Program-made: the position numbers and the translations under genes | Part shown: positions 63,463 through 64,000 of the stretch, piece by piece | How the letters are laid out: each line of letters begins with the position of its first letter | Numbering within the stretch: the first letter of the stretch is position 1 | Source: Candidatus Dormiibacterota bacterium | GTDB lineage: Bacteria > Chloroflexota > Dormibacteria > Dormibacterales > Dormibacteraceae | Assembly: GCA_035468355.1 (NCBI GenBank) | Contig: DATITA010000012.1 | Coordinates: forward strand, 15,228 to 79,227 | Direction: 5' to 3' | Length of the DNA stretch: 64,000 nt | Notes under the pieces: generated by a model | Told to the model about the DNA's origin: nothing | The model's input: the letters and a program-made list of their open reading frames with translations, nothing else | The model's database searches: none

Positions 63463-63544
63463 AACACCCTTTCATATTTGTTGCGTCCCTTGTTATGCCT
63501 CCAGGCTTAACATCGACCAATTCCTTAACCCCTCCCTCCTTTCT

Positions 63545-63583
63545 GAAGGTCTTTCGCCCCCCGGCGGAGGACCTTCTTCCTTT
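63545..63583 (+). terminator. intrinsic-terminator-like hairpin after the kinase gene
   Basis: gaaggtc..tcgcc-cccc-ggcgg..gaccttc, followed by ttcctttgg. Confidence 0.45.
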
Positions 63584-63671
63584 GGCCCGGACCCGCCCAT
63601 CCCTGCTCTGGCCCGCCCGCTCCGATCGGGCTGCCGGGCGGCTCGACGGCGCGTTTGGATACAGTCCAGTC

Positions 63672-64000
63672 GTGCGTTTCGCCATCGACGTCACGGCCTG
63701 CTGGCGGCCCCGCCGCGTGGGCATGCTGACGGTCGCGATCGAGCTCTCCAGGGCTCTGGTCGCCCTGCGCGGAAAGGACGAGATCACGTTGCTCTGCAGC
63801 CGGGAGCGACCGAGCGCCCTGGCAGGTCTCGATTGCGAAGCCGTGCTGTCCCCCTACCGGCACGAGCTCGTGCTGAAGACCAGGTGGCTGCCGGCCATTG
63901 AAACGCAGCTCGACTGCGACGCCATCCTTTATCCCTACTGGCCCAGCCCGCCCAGGCGCAAGCATGGCGCTCCGCCCGCGGCGGTGTTCGTGCACGACCT
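63672..64000 (+). CDS. glycosyltransferase (GT4/GT1-like N-terminal domain; partial, runs off the right edge)
   Basis: My translation from the GTG at 63672 reads VRFAIDVTACWRPRRVGMLTVAIELSRALVAL...DAILYPYWP. It is absent from the ORF track because there is no stop codon in the window. Confidence 0.5.
   Translation, partial: MRFAIDVTACWRPRRVGMLTVAIELSRALVALRGKDEITLLCSRERPSALAGLDCEAVLSPYRHELVLKTRWLPAIETQLDCDAILYPYWPSPPRRKHGAPPAAVFVHD

Overview
Visibly GC-rich bacterial chromosome segment (GC content not computed). It is densely coded, and many neighbouring genes share start/stop overlaps (ATGA, GTGA, TTGA, TGATG). Gene content and synteny (tig-clpP-clpX; valS ... mreBCD-mrdA-rodA-rplU-rpmA-obg-nadD-rsfS; a sufR-sufCBD-sufS-sufU operon with Rieske, rhodanese and DUF59 genes) fit a Terrabacteria-type lineage such as Chloroflexota or Actinomycetota; this placement is inference only. 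I found no rRNA, tRNA, CRISPR array or transposase.

Housekeeping blocks are interrupted by several unusual loci:
1. A Tad/Flp-pilus locus (cpaB-tadB-tadC, two tadE-like genes, one tadG-like gene). Its only motor ATPase candidate is a 1628-aa ORF that fuses CpaF/TadA to a class III nucleotidyl cyclase and a STAND (AAA_16)-helical-repeat module. An operon just upstream encodes STAS, an RsbW-like kinase, a DHp-only protein and a REC-GGDDF protein. A dense signalling island lies next to it: REC-PP2C, a hybrid histidine kinase, a PAS-GAF-PAS kinase, a response regulator and an STK-V4R fusion.
2. A four-gene operon encoding only polytopic membrane proteins that look like a degenerate complex-I/Mrp membrane arm. 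It sits directly upstream of mreB.
3. A stand-alone ClpX zinc-finger ORF translationally coupled between clpP and clpX.
4. Three paralogous membrane-anchored C39-like cysteine peptidases beside a MOP flippase and a class A PBP, downstream of a tandemly duplicated AT-rich promoter/operator element.
5. Local rearrangement scars: a ~110-bp duplication of the sufT 3' end flanking an acyltransferase cassette, a duplicated sufU 5' end forming a 31-codon coupled mini-ORF, and an internally deleted S51 peptidase pseudogene.

All functional calls come from motifs I recognised by eye in the supplied translations. No database search was run.
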